Shown: positions 45,362-54,713 of the stretch, piece after piece
How the letters are laid out: each line of letters opens with the position of its first letter
How positions within the stretch are numbered: position 1 is the stretch's first letter
From: Candidatus Omnitrophota bacterium
Lineage (GTDB): Bacteria; Omnitrophota; Gorgyraeia; Zapsychrales; JANLHA01
Direction: 5' to 3'
DNA length: 64,000 bases
Assembly (NCBI GenBank): GCA_022711395.1
Contig: JAKLFA010000002.1
Coordinates: 323,864-387,863, forward strand
Position numbers and translations under genes: made by a program
Notes under the pieces: generated by a model
The model's input: only the letters and a program-made list of their open reading frames with translations
Databases searched by the model: none
Told to the model about the DNA's origin: nothing

Positions 45362-47182
45362 TTAACGGCGGTCCGCCTTTTTTAACCGGGCCGGCAAAAG
45401 CCCCCTCACGGAATTTCCGACATAGAACCGTTGCGCCCCCAAAAATTCCTCCCGGCTGATCAAACGCTCCCGGCAGCGGCCTTCCTTCAAAAGTTGCTGC
45501 CGCAGGATCCCGGGCAACAGCCCGCACTCAACGGGCGGCGTGTATAAACAACCGTTGATCTCAACGAACACATTGGTGATCGCCCCCTCGCAGAGCTGGC
45601 CCTTTGAGTTAAAAAAGACATCATCAAACACATCCTTCCCGGCGATCCGTTCCATCGTCATCTGATACCAGGGCCGGCAGGTCGTTTTGTGCCGTAAAAA
45701 AATATTTTCAGGGTCCAGCCGGACCTCGGAAACGCCGACGAGAACCTCCCTCTCTCGGGCCCAGGCCGCAAGCAGAGAGGCCTGCAGCTCGATTGTTCCG
45801 TCACGGGAACACAGCAGCCGCACCCGTTGGGACGCTCCGGGAAGCTGCCGCAAAAATTCTTCGAGCTTCTCTAAAATACCGCCGTCCATGGAAAACCCGA
45901 AACACCGGGCGCTCGCCTCTAAACGCTTCAAATGCTCATCCCGCCAAAGAAGCCGGCCGTTTTCCCAAAGCATGGTCTCGATCAGCTGAAAATCCTTCGG
46001 GGCCCCTTGTGTTAGAAATTTTGTCTTTAAATGAGCCTCTTCCCATTCCGACCGCGGATCCGAATCCCACACAATACCGCTCCCCACACGGTATTGCCAA
46101 TCCGTCTCACCAGCGGCACGCTGCAGGATGCGGATCGGAACGCTGAAGACCGCCTTTTTTTGAGGGGAAATATAGCCGATCGCTCCGCAATAGACACCAC
46201 GGCCGCCCCTTTCCAGTCCGTCAATGATCTGCATGGTCCTCACCTTGGGGGCGCCGGTGACGGAACCGCTGGGAAAGATCGCCTCAAAGATCTTTTGGTA
46301 TGTGACCTCCGGCCCCAGCTCCGCCCGAATACGTGAGGTCATCTGATGCAAGGTGGGATGGGTTTCCACGTCGAACAAGGACTCCACGCGCACACTGCCG
46401 GTCTTCGCGATCCGGCCCAGGTCATTGCGCAGAAGGTCAACGATCATCACGTTCTCGGCGCGGTTCTTTTCATCCGCTGCCAGCTGAGAGCGCTCCTCAT
46501 CCAGGCCGGCTAAGGCGCCCCTGGCGGCGGTCCCTTTCATGGGCTGGACACAAATGTGATCCCCGTCACGTTCAAAAAACAGCTCCGGCGAAAAAGACAG
46601 GACCTCACGGCCCCCTCCTCTTAAAAAAGCGCAATACGGGGTTTTTTGAAACTCCCGCAAGAACCCGTAAAGATGCTCCGCCCCCGCCTGAGCGCAGACC
46701 TGAAAATCAAAGGTGTAATTGACCTGGTATGTTTCGCCTTCTTTGATAAACTGCTTGATCGCTAAAATAGCGCGTTCATATTCCGCAAAATCCATCCGCG
46801 TCTGAATATTCATTTGGGCCGGAAAACAATCCCTTCGATCGACCTTCCTTACCATGAGCGGTTTTTCATAAACCCCGAACCACAAAAGCGGGAGATCATT
46901 TTTTGTTCTAGAACGGCCGCTGCCGACCCCGGAACCGGCCTTCAGCGCGGAATAATCCATATATCCGGCCAGCCAGAACTCGCTTGAGAGGCGATCGATC
47001 CTCGCCAGCGCCGCTGGAACGTCCGTGTCTCTGACGGCAATGACCTGATCGACGGGATCCGTAAATAAAAGCGGGGCCTCGTTCCCGTTCTTCCCCGCGG
47101 AAACGCTGTCGAAAAACACGGCCGGATCACGGCCGCGCAAGTCTGGGATCCTGAAGTTTTCCAACTGTGGAATACCGTTCAT
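45362..47182 (-). CDS. pabBC: Bifunctional aminodeoxychorismate synthase component I (PabB) fused to aminodeoxychorismate lyase (PabC, fold-type IV)
   Basis: Chorismate-binding domain (…SPELFF…GSVTGAPK…) followed by a PabC/IlvE-like C-terminal domain. Confidence 0.7.
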   Translation of the reverse strand: MNGIPQLENFRIPDLRGRDPAVFFDSVSAGKNGNEAPLLFTDPVDQVIAVRDTDVPAALARIDRLSSEFWLAGYMDYSALKAGSGVGSGRSRTKNDLPLLWFGVYEKPLMVRKVDRRDCFPAQMNIQTRMDFAEYERAILAIKQFIKEGETYQVNYTFDFQVCAQAGAEHLYGFLREFQKTPYCAFLRGGGREVLSFSPELFFERDGDHICVQPMKGTAARGALAGLDEERSQLAADEKNRAENVMIVDLLRNDLGRIAKTGSVRVESLFDVETHPTLHQMTSRIRAELGPEVTYQKIFEAIFPSGSVTGAPKVRTMQIIDGLERGGRGVYCGAIGYISPQKKAVFSVPIRILQRAAGETDWQYRVGSGIVWDSDPRSEWEEAHLKTKFLTQGAPKDFQLIETMLWENGRLLWRDEHLKRLEASARCFGFSMDGGILEKLEEFLRQLPGASQRVRLLCSRDGTIELQASLLAAWAREREVLVGVSEVRLDPENIFLRHKTTCRPWYQMTMERIAGKDVFDDVFFNSKGQLCEGAITNVFVEINGCLYTPPVECGLLPGILRQQLLKEGRCRERLISREEFLGAQRFYVGNSVRGLLPARLKKADRR

Positions 47183-47209
47183 GAACGTCTGCAGGTGAGA
47201 GTTAAAGTT

Positions 47210-48268
47210 TTAAAACCAGCGTTTAGCCCTAAAAAACGCGAGCATGCCCGCCACGACCATGGCCATAAATCCCAAAACCAAAAAATATCCCCAGCGCCAG
47301 TGCAGCTCCGGCATGTGCTCAAAGTTCATGCCGTAGACCCCGGCAATAAAGGTTAAGGGAATAAAGATCGTGGAAAACACCGTCAAGACCTTCATGATCT
47401 CGTTCATTTTATTGCTCGCCGATGACAGATAGATATCCATCAGCCCGGAGATCGTGTCACGCAGGCCTTCGACCATGTCCACGACCTGGATCGTGTGGTC
47501 ATAGACGTCACGCAAATACGGATCGACCGCCTCGCTGAAGATCACCGTTTCATATTTCTGCAGCTGGCTGAGGACCTCCCGCAAAGGCCAGATCGATTTT
47601 CTCAGAAAGATCATCTGCCTCTTCATGTCCTGGATCTCGGCCAAAAGGTTCGTGTGCGCCTGCTCTAAAAGATCTTCTTCCAGGGATTCCGTTTCATCGG
47701 AAAAATTCTCCAGGATCACGAAATAATGGTCCACGATCGCGTCGATCAATGCGTAAGCCAGAAAATCCGAACCCATGGTGCGGATCCGCCCTTTGGCCTC
47801 CATGATCCTTTGACGGACGTAATCAAAGACATCCCCTTGCTGCTCCTGGAACGATATGACGCAGCCTTTCATGATCACGAAGCTGACCTGCTCGACCTGG
47901 AGATTGTCCTCCTCATCGATGCGCATCATCTTGAGGACCACGTAGGCGTAATTCGGGAACATCTCGACCTTCGGCCGTTGTTCCGTGTGCAGGATATCTT
48001 CCAAGGTCAGCGGGTGGATATCAAAACGTTTTCCGATCGCCTCGATCACGCCCACGTCATGCAACCCATCCACGTTGATCCAGGTCACGGTCTTGGTGTC
48101 ACGGAAGGCGAAACACTCTTCAACGGTCTTCGGATCAAGCTGAAGGGCGTCCTTCTCGTCATAATCCATGATCTGGATCCTGACCTGGTCCGCCCTTTTT
48201 TCACCGATGTGGACAAGCGTCCCGGGGACCGCCCCCACCCGGCGGGAAAATTTGTGGATGGATTTCAT
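47210..48268 (-). CDS. corA: Magnesium/cobalt transporter CorA
   Basis: …YGMNFEHMPE… (GMN motif) plus two C-terminal TM helices. Confidence 0.85.
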   Translation of the reverse strand: MKSIHKFSRRVGAVPGTLVHIGEKRADQVRIQIMDYDEKDALQLDPKTVEECFAFRDTKTVTWINVDGLHDVGVIEAIGKRFDIHPLTLEDILHTEQRPKVEMFPNYAYVVLKMMRIDEEDNLQVEQVSFVIMKGCVISFQEQQGDVFDYVRQRIMEAKGRIRTMGSDFLAYALIDAIVDHYFVILENFSDETESLEEDLLEQAHTNLLAEIQDMKRQMIFLRKSIWPLREVLSQLQKYETVIFSEAVDPYLRDVYDHTIQVVDMVEGLRDTISGLMDIYLSSASNKMNEIMKVLTVFSTIFIPLTFIAGVYGMNFEHMPELHWRWGYFLVLGFMAMVVAGMLAFFRAKRWF

Positions 48269-48308
48269 AAAGAGTCCTTTGGAAAATGTTTTGAGGTTTC
48301 TAATTTTA

Positions 48309-49088
48309 TCAGATCACGCCGGCGCCCAAAAGAACAGCGATCACAAAAAGCATGACGGCGATCACGCGCTCCACAACAGCCAGCGTCATTTTTTTCAAAA
48401 GCCTTTTGCCGATCAAAATTCCAGCGAAGGCGCTTGCGACCGCCGCTGCCATGACCGCAGCGTAGTCCTGATAATTCGAGCCGGCCAGCCGGCCCCAATA
48501 AACGCTCAGACGCGAGACATCGACAAAAAACGCGATCACCACGCCTGTGGCGATGAACGCCTCTTTGGACAGTCCGCATTTTAAAAGGAACATGGTCCGC
48601 AGCGCCCCCTGATGCCCAGAGAGCCCGCCGAAAAATCCGCTCACGACGCCTCCGGCCGGCAGAACTTTCGGAGAAAAGCTCACCTTTTTAAACAGCGGAA
48701 GCGTCTCAAGGACCAAGAACAGGACCATGACCGCAGCGATCACAAGCTTGACCGGAAGGACCTGGAATTCCTTTCCCATCAGGGTGTAAACAAAGACCGG
48801 ATCGAACTCCTCCAGCTTGAACAAAGCCCGAGCGCCCGCAAACGCGGCCAGAAAAGCCGGAAGGCCGAAGCTCAACGCGACCCTCCAGTGAATCTCTTTA
48901 GCCATGAGGAAAAATTTCAAAACATTATTTAAAAAATGGACCACCGCGGTCAAGGCTATCGCCGTCTCAAGCGGAAAGAACAAAAGGAAAACCGGCATCA
49001 AAAGCGTTCCCAGGCCGAATCCTGAAAAAAACGTCAGACAGGATGTCGCGGCCGCTGCCGCGCAAATGATCAAGATATCCACGTTCAC
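48309..49088 (-). CDS. TauE/SafE (DUF81) family membrane transporter
   Basis: Eight predicted TM helices with the …GFFGGLSGHQGALR… motif. Confidence 0.7.
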   Translation of the reverse strand: MNVDILIICAAAAATSCLTFFSGFGLGTLLMPVFLLFFPLETAIALTAVVHFLNNVLKFFLMAKEIHWRVALSFGLPAFLAAFAGARALFKLEEFDPVFVYTLMGKEFQVLPVKLVIAAVMVLFLVLETLPLFKKVSFSPKVLPAGGVVSGFFGGLSGHQGALRTMFLLKCGLSKEAFIATGVVIAFFVDVSRLSVYWGRLAGSNYQDYAAVMAAAVASAFAGILIGKRLLKKMTLAVVERVIAVMLFVIAVLLGAGVI

Positions 49089-49100
49089 CTCCTGCTTCGA

Positions 49101-50111
49101 TCAGTATTTGATAATTTCCGCTAAAGCGCGGGCCAAAGCCTCTCCCGCGATCCTGTGCCCTGCCGGGCTCCAATGCGCCTTATCCGAAACCCGGACCACC
49201 ACTCCCTCCCTGGCCGCCGCCTCAACGGCAAGCGCGGGCTCAGGAAGAACGATAAATCCTGCTGATGTGATCAACTTGGCCCACCATTCCTGCCGGTAAG
49301 GAGAATCCATGAAGGCGATCTTTTGAACATTTTCCGGCAACGATCGTGCCATCTCAGCCAGAAGCCCTTTCGTAATGTGCTCCGCCTGCCGCCAAAGCTC
49401 ATCCGTTCTCGCTTTTTCTTCCATGGTCTTGTCAGGAGGATAACAACCGTTATACATCCTAAACCTCACCACTTGGGTCACGTGATCGAACCAGCGGAAG
49501 ATCCGGGAATACTTAAACAGAAATTTATAAATATGAAATCCCGGATAACGAAAAACGATCTCTTCCTTATGCCAATACGGCCGGAAATTTTTCTGGTCCG
49601 TGGTGATGCTTCCAGCCTCCAGAAGATAGCTGTTGTTATCGAGGTCATTATGGCACATCTGCAAAACGACCACATCGGGCCTGATGATCCCGGCGTATTT
49701 CCGAAGGGCCAAAAGCTCCTGAAGGGTCCCGTATCCGCCCGCCCCGAAGGCAAAAACTTCCGCCCCCAGCAGCTGACCGGCCCGCTCAAAATAGGCGTCC
49801 TCATCCGACACGAACGGATCCCCGGTATACGAATCCCCGATAAAAAAGATCTTGATCTTCTTGGAATTCACATCACCCCACGACCGGAACCCATGTTCAT
49901 TGGTCGTGATCCTGACCGTGTAAGGCCGCCCCTCAGAGTCCCTTTGGCGATTCACGTAAGAAAAATTCCGTTTGGGTCGCCAGCCAAGTTCAGGATCCCG
50001 TTCATAAAGACGCCGGGAAAAAAACATGAAATAAAAAACACGATCACATGCCGCGACCGCGGCGATCACGATCAGGGCCGTTAAAAATATTTTATTGGCT
50101 TTTCTTTTCAC
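49101..50111 (-). CDS. SGNH/GDSL-family hydrolase, membrane-anchored (second copy in the window)
   Basis: …IFFIGDSYTGD… block I, with an N-terminal TM helix. Confidence 0.6.
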   Translation of the reverse strand: MKRKANKIFLTALIVIAAVAACDRVFYFMFFSRRLYERDPELGWRPKRNFSYVNRQRDSEGRPYTVRITTNEHGFRSWGDVNSKKIKIFFIGDSYTGDPFVSDEDAYFERAGQLLGAEVFAFGAGGYGTLQELLALRKYAGIIRPDVVVLQMCHNDLDNNSYLLEAGSITTDQKNFRPYWHKEEIVFRYPGFHIYKFLFKYSRIFRWFDHVTQVVRFRMYNGCYPPDKTMEEKARTDELWRQAEHITKGLLAEMARSLPENVQKIAFMDSPYRQEWWAKLITSAGFIVLPEPALAVEAAAREGVVVRVSDKAHWSPAGHRIAGEALARALAEIIKY

Positions 50112-50132
50112 ATCCCTTCACCGCGTGCAAAA

Positions 50133-51029
50133 TTAATCAAATTCCACGATCACGTGCCCGATCCCAAAACGGCTGGACACAAGTTCCCTGATCCGCTCCC
50201 GCAGCCGCCTCATTTCTTCCATGGAGGATTCCCGCTTCAAAGCGATCCTGGCTGTAAGATAGAACATCTCCGAGGTGATCGTCCAAAGATGGATGTCCTC
50301 GATCGCCCTGATCCCGGGCTCCGCCTCAAGAAGGAGTTTCTCCACCATGTCGCTCGTTAAGCCCTTCGGCGCCCCTTCAAGAAGGATATGCGTTGAATCG
50401 CTCAGCAGGTCCCACCCCCAGCGCAGGATCACCAGGGCGATCCCCGCGCTTAAGACCGGATCGATCCAGGACCATTTCGTGACATGGATCACCAGCGCGC
50501 CGATGATCACCGCGACCGACGATAACGTGTCCGCCAGCATGTGTAAAAAAGCGCTCCGGACATTCATGTCCGTTCTGCTCGTCCCGTGCAAAAGGACCGC
50601 GCTGACCAAGTTCGCGATCAGCCCCAGCACAGCCACGACGAGCATTTGCATTTCCTGGACTTCAACGGGATGGAGCATGCGCATGATGCTCTCATAGAGG
50701 ATCCACCCGGTCACGGCCAAAAGGAACAATCCGTTCAAAAAAGCGGCCAGGATCTCAGCCCGGTAAAAACCGAATGTCCGGTGATGGCAGGCCGGACGCC
50801 CCGCGATGAGGATCGCGGCCAGGCTCAAGGAAAGCGCGAACAGATGCGTGAACATGTGCCCGGCGTCACTGACCAGGGCCAGGCTCCCGGTGATGATCCC
50901 GCCCGCCACTTCCAGCACCATGACAAGGCCGGTCACGAGGATCGAAAGCCAAAGCCGGTACCGCTCCACATAACGGTACTCCAGCAACTCTTCAGAGGCG
51001 CGCGATGCCGCCGCATGGTGTTTTGACAT
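50133..51029 (-). CDS. Cation diffusion facilitator (CzcD/ZitB-like) divalent-metal efflux transporter
   Basis: …LALVSDAGHMFTH… (HxxxD metal site A) and …HVIVEFD… C-terminal domain. Start is either ATG 51029 or GTG 51038. Confidence 0.8.
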   Translation of the reverse strand: MSKHHAAASRASEELLEYRYVERYRLWLSILVTGLVMVLEVAGGIITGSLALVSDAGHMFTHLFALSLSLAAILIAGRPACHHRTFGFYRAEILAAFLNGLFLLAVTGWILYESIMRMLHPVEVQEMQMLVVAVLGLIANLVSAVLLHGTSRTDMNVRSAFLHMLADTLSSVAVIIGALVIHVTKWSWIDPVLSAGIALVILRWGWDLLSDSTHILLEGAPKGLTSDMVEKLLLEAEPGIRAIEDIHLWTITSEMFYLTARIALKRESSMEEMRRLRERIRELVSSRFGIGHVIVEFD

Positions 51030-51037
51030 AAGGCCCA

Positions 51038-53449
51038 CTATCCCTTCTTTAAAAAATCCTGCGCGAAGCGCGCGACCCTCGCCAGCGTCTTTAAGTGCAA
51101 CGCCGGCTGGTCTTCCGGGCTGATCAGAACAAAAAAAGCGCGGGACGGCCGTTTGATATCCGGGAATACCGCCCCTCCCTGATTGGTCCCCACCAGGACC
51201 ACCGGCTTTTGGATATCTTTGGTGTGGGTGTGGAACAGAACGATCTCCTCGGAAAGTTCGACCGGGTCAAGCGGCAGAAAATTCTTCATCAATCGTTTCA
51301 GGATCCGTTCATCAGGAAACTGGGAACGCAGCAGCGTTTCCAGCGCAGCCTCCGGCGCGCTGTCCTGGACCTTGATGGGGGCATTGATCAAAAACGGCAT
51401 CTCCCGGTCCGCTCTGGGCGCGCCATCAAAATCGAACTGTTCAAACTTTCCCTCGGACCGCTCCGCTTCCGGCGGATGGACCAGGATGATATTGTTTTTC
51501 AAAAACTGCCGGCCGACTGTTTGATACAAACGCGCCAGCGAAGGCCTCCATGCCAGGCGGCCCTTGCGAGAGCTCATGAGAATGATCGCGTCATTTTCCT
51601 TGAGCCCGATCTTGTTCAAATGCCCCGCCAGGCTGTTCCATTGAGAAAGCACCGTAAAAGAGACCTCCACCCCGGCGGTCTCCGTGCTGATCATCCGCTG
51701 GACAGACCGGACCGTGTCCGAAACCCCGATCACGTTGAATTTCAATTTATTGGCCACCGCCAGCTGCTTGATCGACGAAAACGCGGCCTCAAACCCGGGC
51801 TGCCGTTCCAAAAGAGGCGGGACCATCACATACGCGCTTCTGTCCATGCTCAATGGATGTTCCATCTGGCACAAAAAAAGCATCGCCCGGCTTTCATCGC
51901 AGATCTTATGATGCACGCCGAAGAGCATGGTCCCCAGATCAGACCCGTAGCGGCTGGAACCCATGATAAAGGTGTCGACGCGCCATTCCTTGAGCGCGCG
52001 AAGGATCCCTCCGTGCACATTGATGTCGATCCGGCTGACCGGAGAGACCGGCACCTCCGCCGAGACCGCCCGGGCGACCATTTGACTGAGGATCTTTTCG
52101 CCCGCGATGATCCTCCGGTCCACGTCCTCCCCGTCCTGGACCACATGAAGCGGAAAGACCGGTTCTTTGCTGCCTTTCGGATGCAGCATCAGCGCCAAAT
52201 CGGTCAAGAATGGAACGGATTCACTGCGCCCCACGGCGACCATAACGCGAGCCGAGTCATTTAAAGGCCGCTCCAGCGACTCCTCTGAAGCAAGAGCGAT
52301 CCTGCGGCCGTATTTTTCCGTGAAGAACGGCCCGATGATGCACGTGACAAAGATCATGATGATCGTGCCGTTTAAGACCGTCACATCAAAGATCCCCAGG
52401 CGATAGCCTACAATGACCGCCGCCAGGGTCGCGGCAGCCTGGTTAATGCTCAATCCAAAGATCAAATTGGCCTCATCCATGGAAAACTTCATGGCCTTTG
52501 AAAAGATCACCGCGGACACATATTTTCCGGCGATCACGCACGCCACCATAAAGACCGCCATGGGCCAGACCTTGCCCGTCGAAAAGATCACGTTCATGTT
52601 CACCAGCATGCCGACCGAAATGAGAAAGAACGGGATGAACAAAGCGTTCCCGACGAACTCAAGCCGGTTCTTCAAAGAGCTTTGGTCCGCGATCATCTGG
52701 CTGAGCGCCAGCCCAGCGAAAAAGGCCCCGATGATCGGCTCCACGCCGGCCAACTGGGCGAAATAGGACGTCAAGAAAACAAGAGCGAGGATCAGAACGA
52801 ATTCCGTCACCCCGTCCGGTGAAAGGACCCTGAAAAAAAGTGAGGTCAGGCGCGGCAGTCCCCACATAGCAAAAATGATGAGCAGCAGCAAAAACGCGAG
52901 TTGGCGGACAATAAAGACCGGCGTGAGGTTGGTGGAAACCATTTCCACAATGAACGCCAGAACAAGCAGGGCCGCTGTATCCGTGATGATCGTCCCTCCG
53001 ACACTCGCCACCACAGAACGGTGGCGGCTGATCCCCAGCCGGACCGTCGCCGGAAACGGGATCAAGGTGTGCGAAGCGAACATACTCGCCAGCAGGACCG
53101 CCGCCGGCCATGAAAAAGAAAAAAGCGCCCTGGCGCCCAGCGTTCCCAGGACCATCGGCAAAAGAAAGGTCAGGGTCCCGAACACGATACTGTATTTTTT
53201 CTGCCTTGAAAACTCATGCAGGTTGATCTCAAGGCCGGCCAGGAACATGATATAGATCAGACCTACGGATGAGAACAGCTCGATCGAACCCTCCGGCCGC
53301 AAGATCCCGGCGGCGTGCGGGCCGACCAGGATCCCCGCCATGATCAAACCGACGATCCCTGGCATTTTCATCCGTTCAAAAACAGCCGGGGCCGCCAAAA
53401 GCAGGAACATGATGAAGGCGAACATCAGGATAGGATTTGTGATCAGCAT
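51038..53449 (-). CDS. CPA2-type cation/proton antiporter fused to two universal-stress-protein-like domains and a C-terminal PTS-EIIA(type 2, Ntr)-like domain
   Basis: 12-13 TM helices (…GIVGLIMAGILVGPH…) then cytoplasmic Usp-like blocks and a C-terminal …LFHTHTKDIQKPVVLVGTNQ… region. Confidence 0.6.
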   Translation of the reverse strand: MLITNPILMFAFIMFLLLAAPAVFERMKMPGIVGLIMAGILVGPHAAGILRPEGSIELFSSVGLIYIMFLAGLEINLHEFSRQKKYSIVFGTLTFLLPMVLGTLGARALFSFSWPAAVLLASMFASHTLIPFPATVRLGISRHRSVVASVGGTIITDTAALLVLAFIVEMVSTNLTPVFIVRQLAFLLLLIIFAMWGLPRLTSLFFRVLSPDGVTEFVLILALVFLTSYFAQLAGVEPIIGAFFAGLALSQMIADQSSLKNRLEFVGNALFIPFFLISVGMLVNMNVIFSTGKVWPMAVFMVACVIAGKYVSAVIFSKAMKFSMDEANLIFGLSINQAAATLAAVIVGYRLGIFDVTVLNGTIIMIFVTCIIGPFFTEKYGRRIALASEESLERPLNDSARVMVAVGRSESVPFLTDLALMLHPKGSKEPVFPLHVVQDGEDVDRRIIAGEKILSQMVARAVSAEVPVSPVSRIDINVHGGILRALKEWRVDTFIMGSSRYGSDLGTMLFGVHHKICDESRAMLFLCQMEHPLSMDRSAYVMVPPLLERQPGFEAAFSSIKQLAVANKLKFNVIGVSDTVRSVQRMISTETAGVEVSFTVLSQWNSLAGHLNKIGLKENDAIILMSSRKGRLAWRPSLARLYQTVGRQFLKNNIILVHPPEAERSEGKFEQFDFDGAPRADREMPFLINAPIKVQDSAPEAALETLLRSQFPDERILKRLMKNFLPLDPVELSEEIVLFHTHTKDIQKPVVLVGTNQGGAVFPDIKRPSRAFFVLISPEDQPALHLKTLARVARFAQDFLKKG

Positions 53450-53483
53450 CAGATCGAACCTTTCAATGGTATCAGGGCCGCGC

Positions 53484-54062
53484 CTACGAACCCGCCGCCC
53501 GTTTCCCCAGCATAAAGACCTTTTCGGGAAGGCCGGCAATACGCCGGATCTCACCGGAAACACCGGCGCCGGGGACGATCAAGGACTCAAAATCCATGCC
53601 GCTGTATTCAGCGGTCAGCTTAAACGGCGCTTCCAGGGCGTCGAGGCCGGCATCTTCATAAGCGCTGGCGAGCAAAATAAGCTTTTTGCCCGTCAGGACC
53701 GTCCGCATCGTCCCGGCGGCATTGTCCCATTTATACAAAGAGAACATCCGGTCCAAAACCGCCTTGATCTGCGCGCTCATTGAAAAAAAATATAACGGCG
53801 TTGCCATCACAATGACATCGGCCTGCGCGATTTTTTGAAGGACCGGCTTCATGCCGTCATCGATCACGCATTCATACTCGCTAAGCTTCTGGCAGGACCG
53901 GCATGATGTGCATCCGCTCGCCTTCAACTCGAGGAACGCCGCGGAAATGACCTCAGCGTCGCATTGTTCTGAACGGACCCCGTCCAGGAACCACCCCAGC
54001 AGCGTCATCGTGTTGCCATTCCGCCGGGGGCTTCCTGAAATTGCCACGATCGATTTCGCCAT
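53484..54062 (-). CDS. Iron-sulfur flavoprotein / NADPH-dependent FMN reductase-like
   Basis: …IVAISGSPRRNGNT… flavodoxin-like motif plus a Cys cluster CTSCRSC. Confidence 0.6.
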   Translation of the reverse strand: MAKSIVAISGSPRRNGNTMTLLGWFLDGVRSEQCDAEVISAAFLELKASGCTSCRSCQKLSEYECVIDDGMKPVLQKIAQADVIVMATPLYFFSMSAQIKAVLDRMFSLYKWDNAAGTMRTVLTGKKLILLASAYEDAGLDALEAPFKLTAEYSGMDFESLIVPGAGVSGEIRRIAGLPEKVFMLGKRAAGS

Positions 54063-54171
54063 CCCAACCTCGCTTTGCTCATCCATGGAACGAACGTGAA
54101 CACATTATAACGAATCTCCAAAGGTTAGACAACCGGCAATTTAAATCAAATCACGCCCGTCTTGCCAGGGC

Positions 54172-54201
54172 GTAAAAAAAAGGCGCCGACATCGGCGCCT
54201 T
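54172..54201 (-). terminator. Intrinsic terminator downstream of the 54231-54626 gene
   Basis: Minus-strand AAGGCGCCGAUGUCGGCGCCUUUUUUUUU has a 9-bp stem followed by a U-run. Confidence 0.55.
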
Positions 54202-54230
54202 ATCCAGACCTCTTTAAATTTTTTCTAACG

Positions 54231-54626
54231 CTAATTCGCGGGGTCCCCTTCCTGCCCGCCGGCCAGAAGCCATTTTTTCGCTTCATCCGGATCCGCGAAC
54301 AGCCTTCCATTGAGCATTCCCCGGTTCTTTAACACCGTCTCGGCGAACTTCAGGACCTCGCGGGCCTCGGGATTGAGCTGGGCCCAGGCAAAACGGTGTT
54401 TGAAGGTCACCCCGGCCTCCTTGAAGATCGTTTGGAACTCATAGGCGTCCATCGTATCCAGCGGATTTTTCATATCGGAAACACCAAGGACATTGTAGCA
54501 GTGGTATTGCTCGCAGGCGGCGACGATCCGTTTCACGATGTCCAGTGTGGTCTCATAACTGTCCTCGCCGCTGACTTGAACAAACAAGTGGTCAGCCTTG
54601 AACGTGATATCGATCTTATAATTCAT
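54231..54626 (-). CDS. Hypothetical protein (131 aa)
   Basis: ORF with typical codon usage and its own terminator. No recognised motif. Confidence 0.4.
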   Translation of the reverse strand: MNYKIDITFKADHLFVQVSGEDSYETTLDIVKRIVAACEQYHCYNVLGVSDMKNPLDTMDAYEFQTIFKEAGVTFKHRFAWAQLNPEAREVLKFAETVLKNRGMLNGRLFADPDEAKKWLLAGGQEGDPAN

Positions 54627-54713
54627 CGCCCGTCCCGTGTTGAAGATCCTATGAAGTGTTTTTATTATCGCTTTTCAGGCAAAAAAATTCAATCTTTTTA
54701 TCACGTTCCTGTT

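Noticed and set aside
51095-52264. 389-aa plus-strand ORF, along with similar long plus-strand ORFs at 793-1146, 18973-19724, 23038-23673, 49323-50084, 58750-59427, 62139-62696 and 63276-63860
   Set aside because: All are antisense to minus-strand genes with clear domains (CPA2 antiporter, surE, kinase/receiver, ilvD, SGNH, cvfB, the giant protein). They have Arg/Pro/Gly/His-rich composition typical of spurious antisense ORFs in GC-rich DNA.
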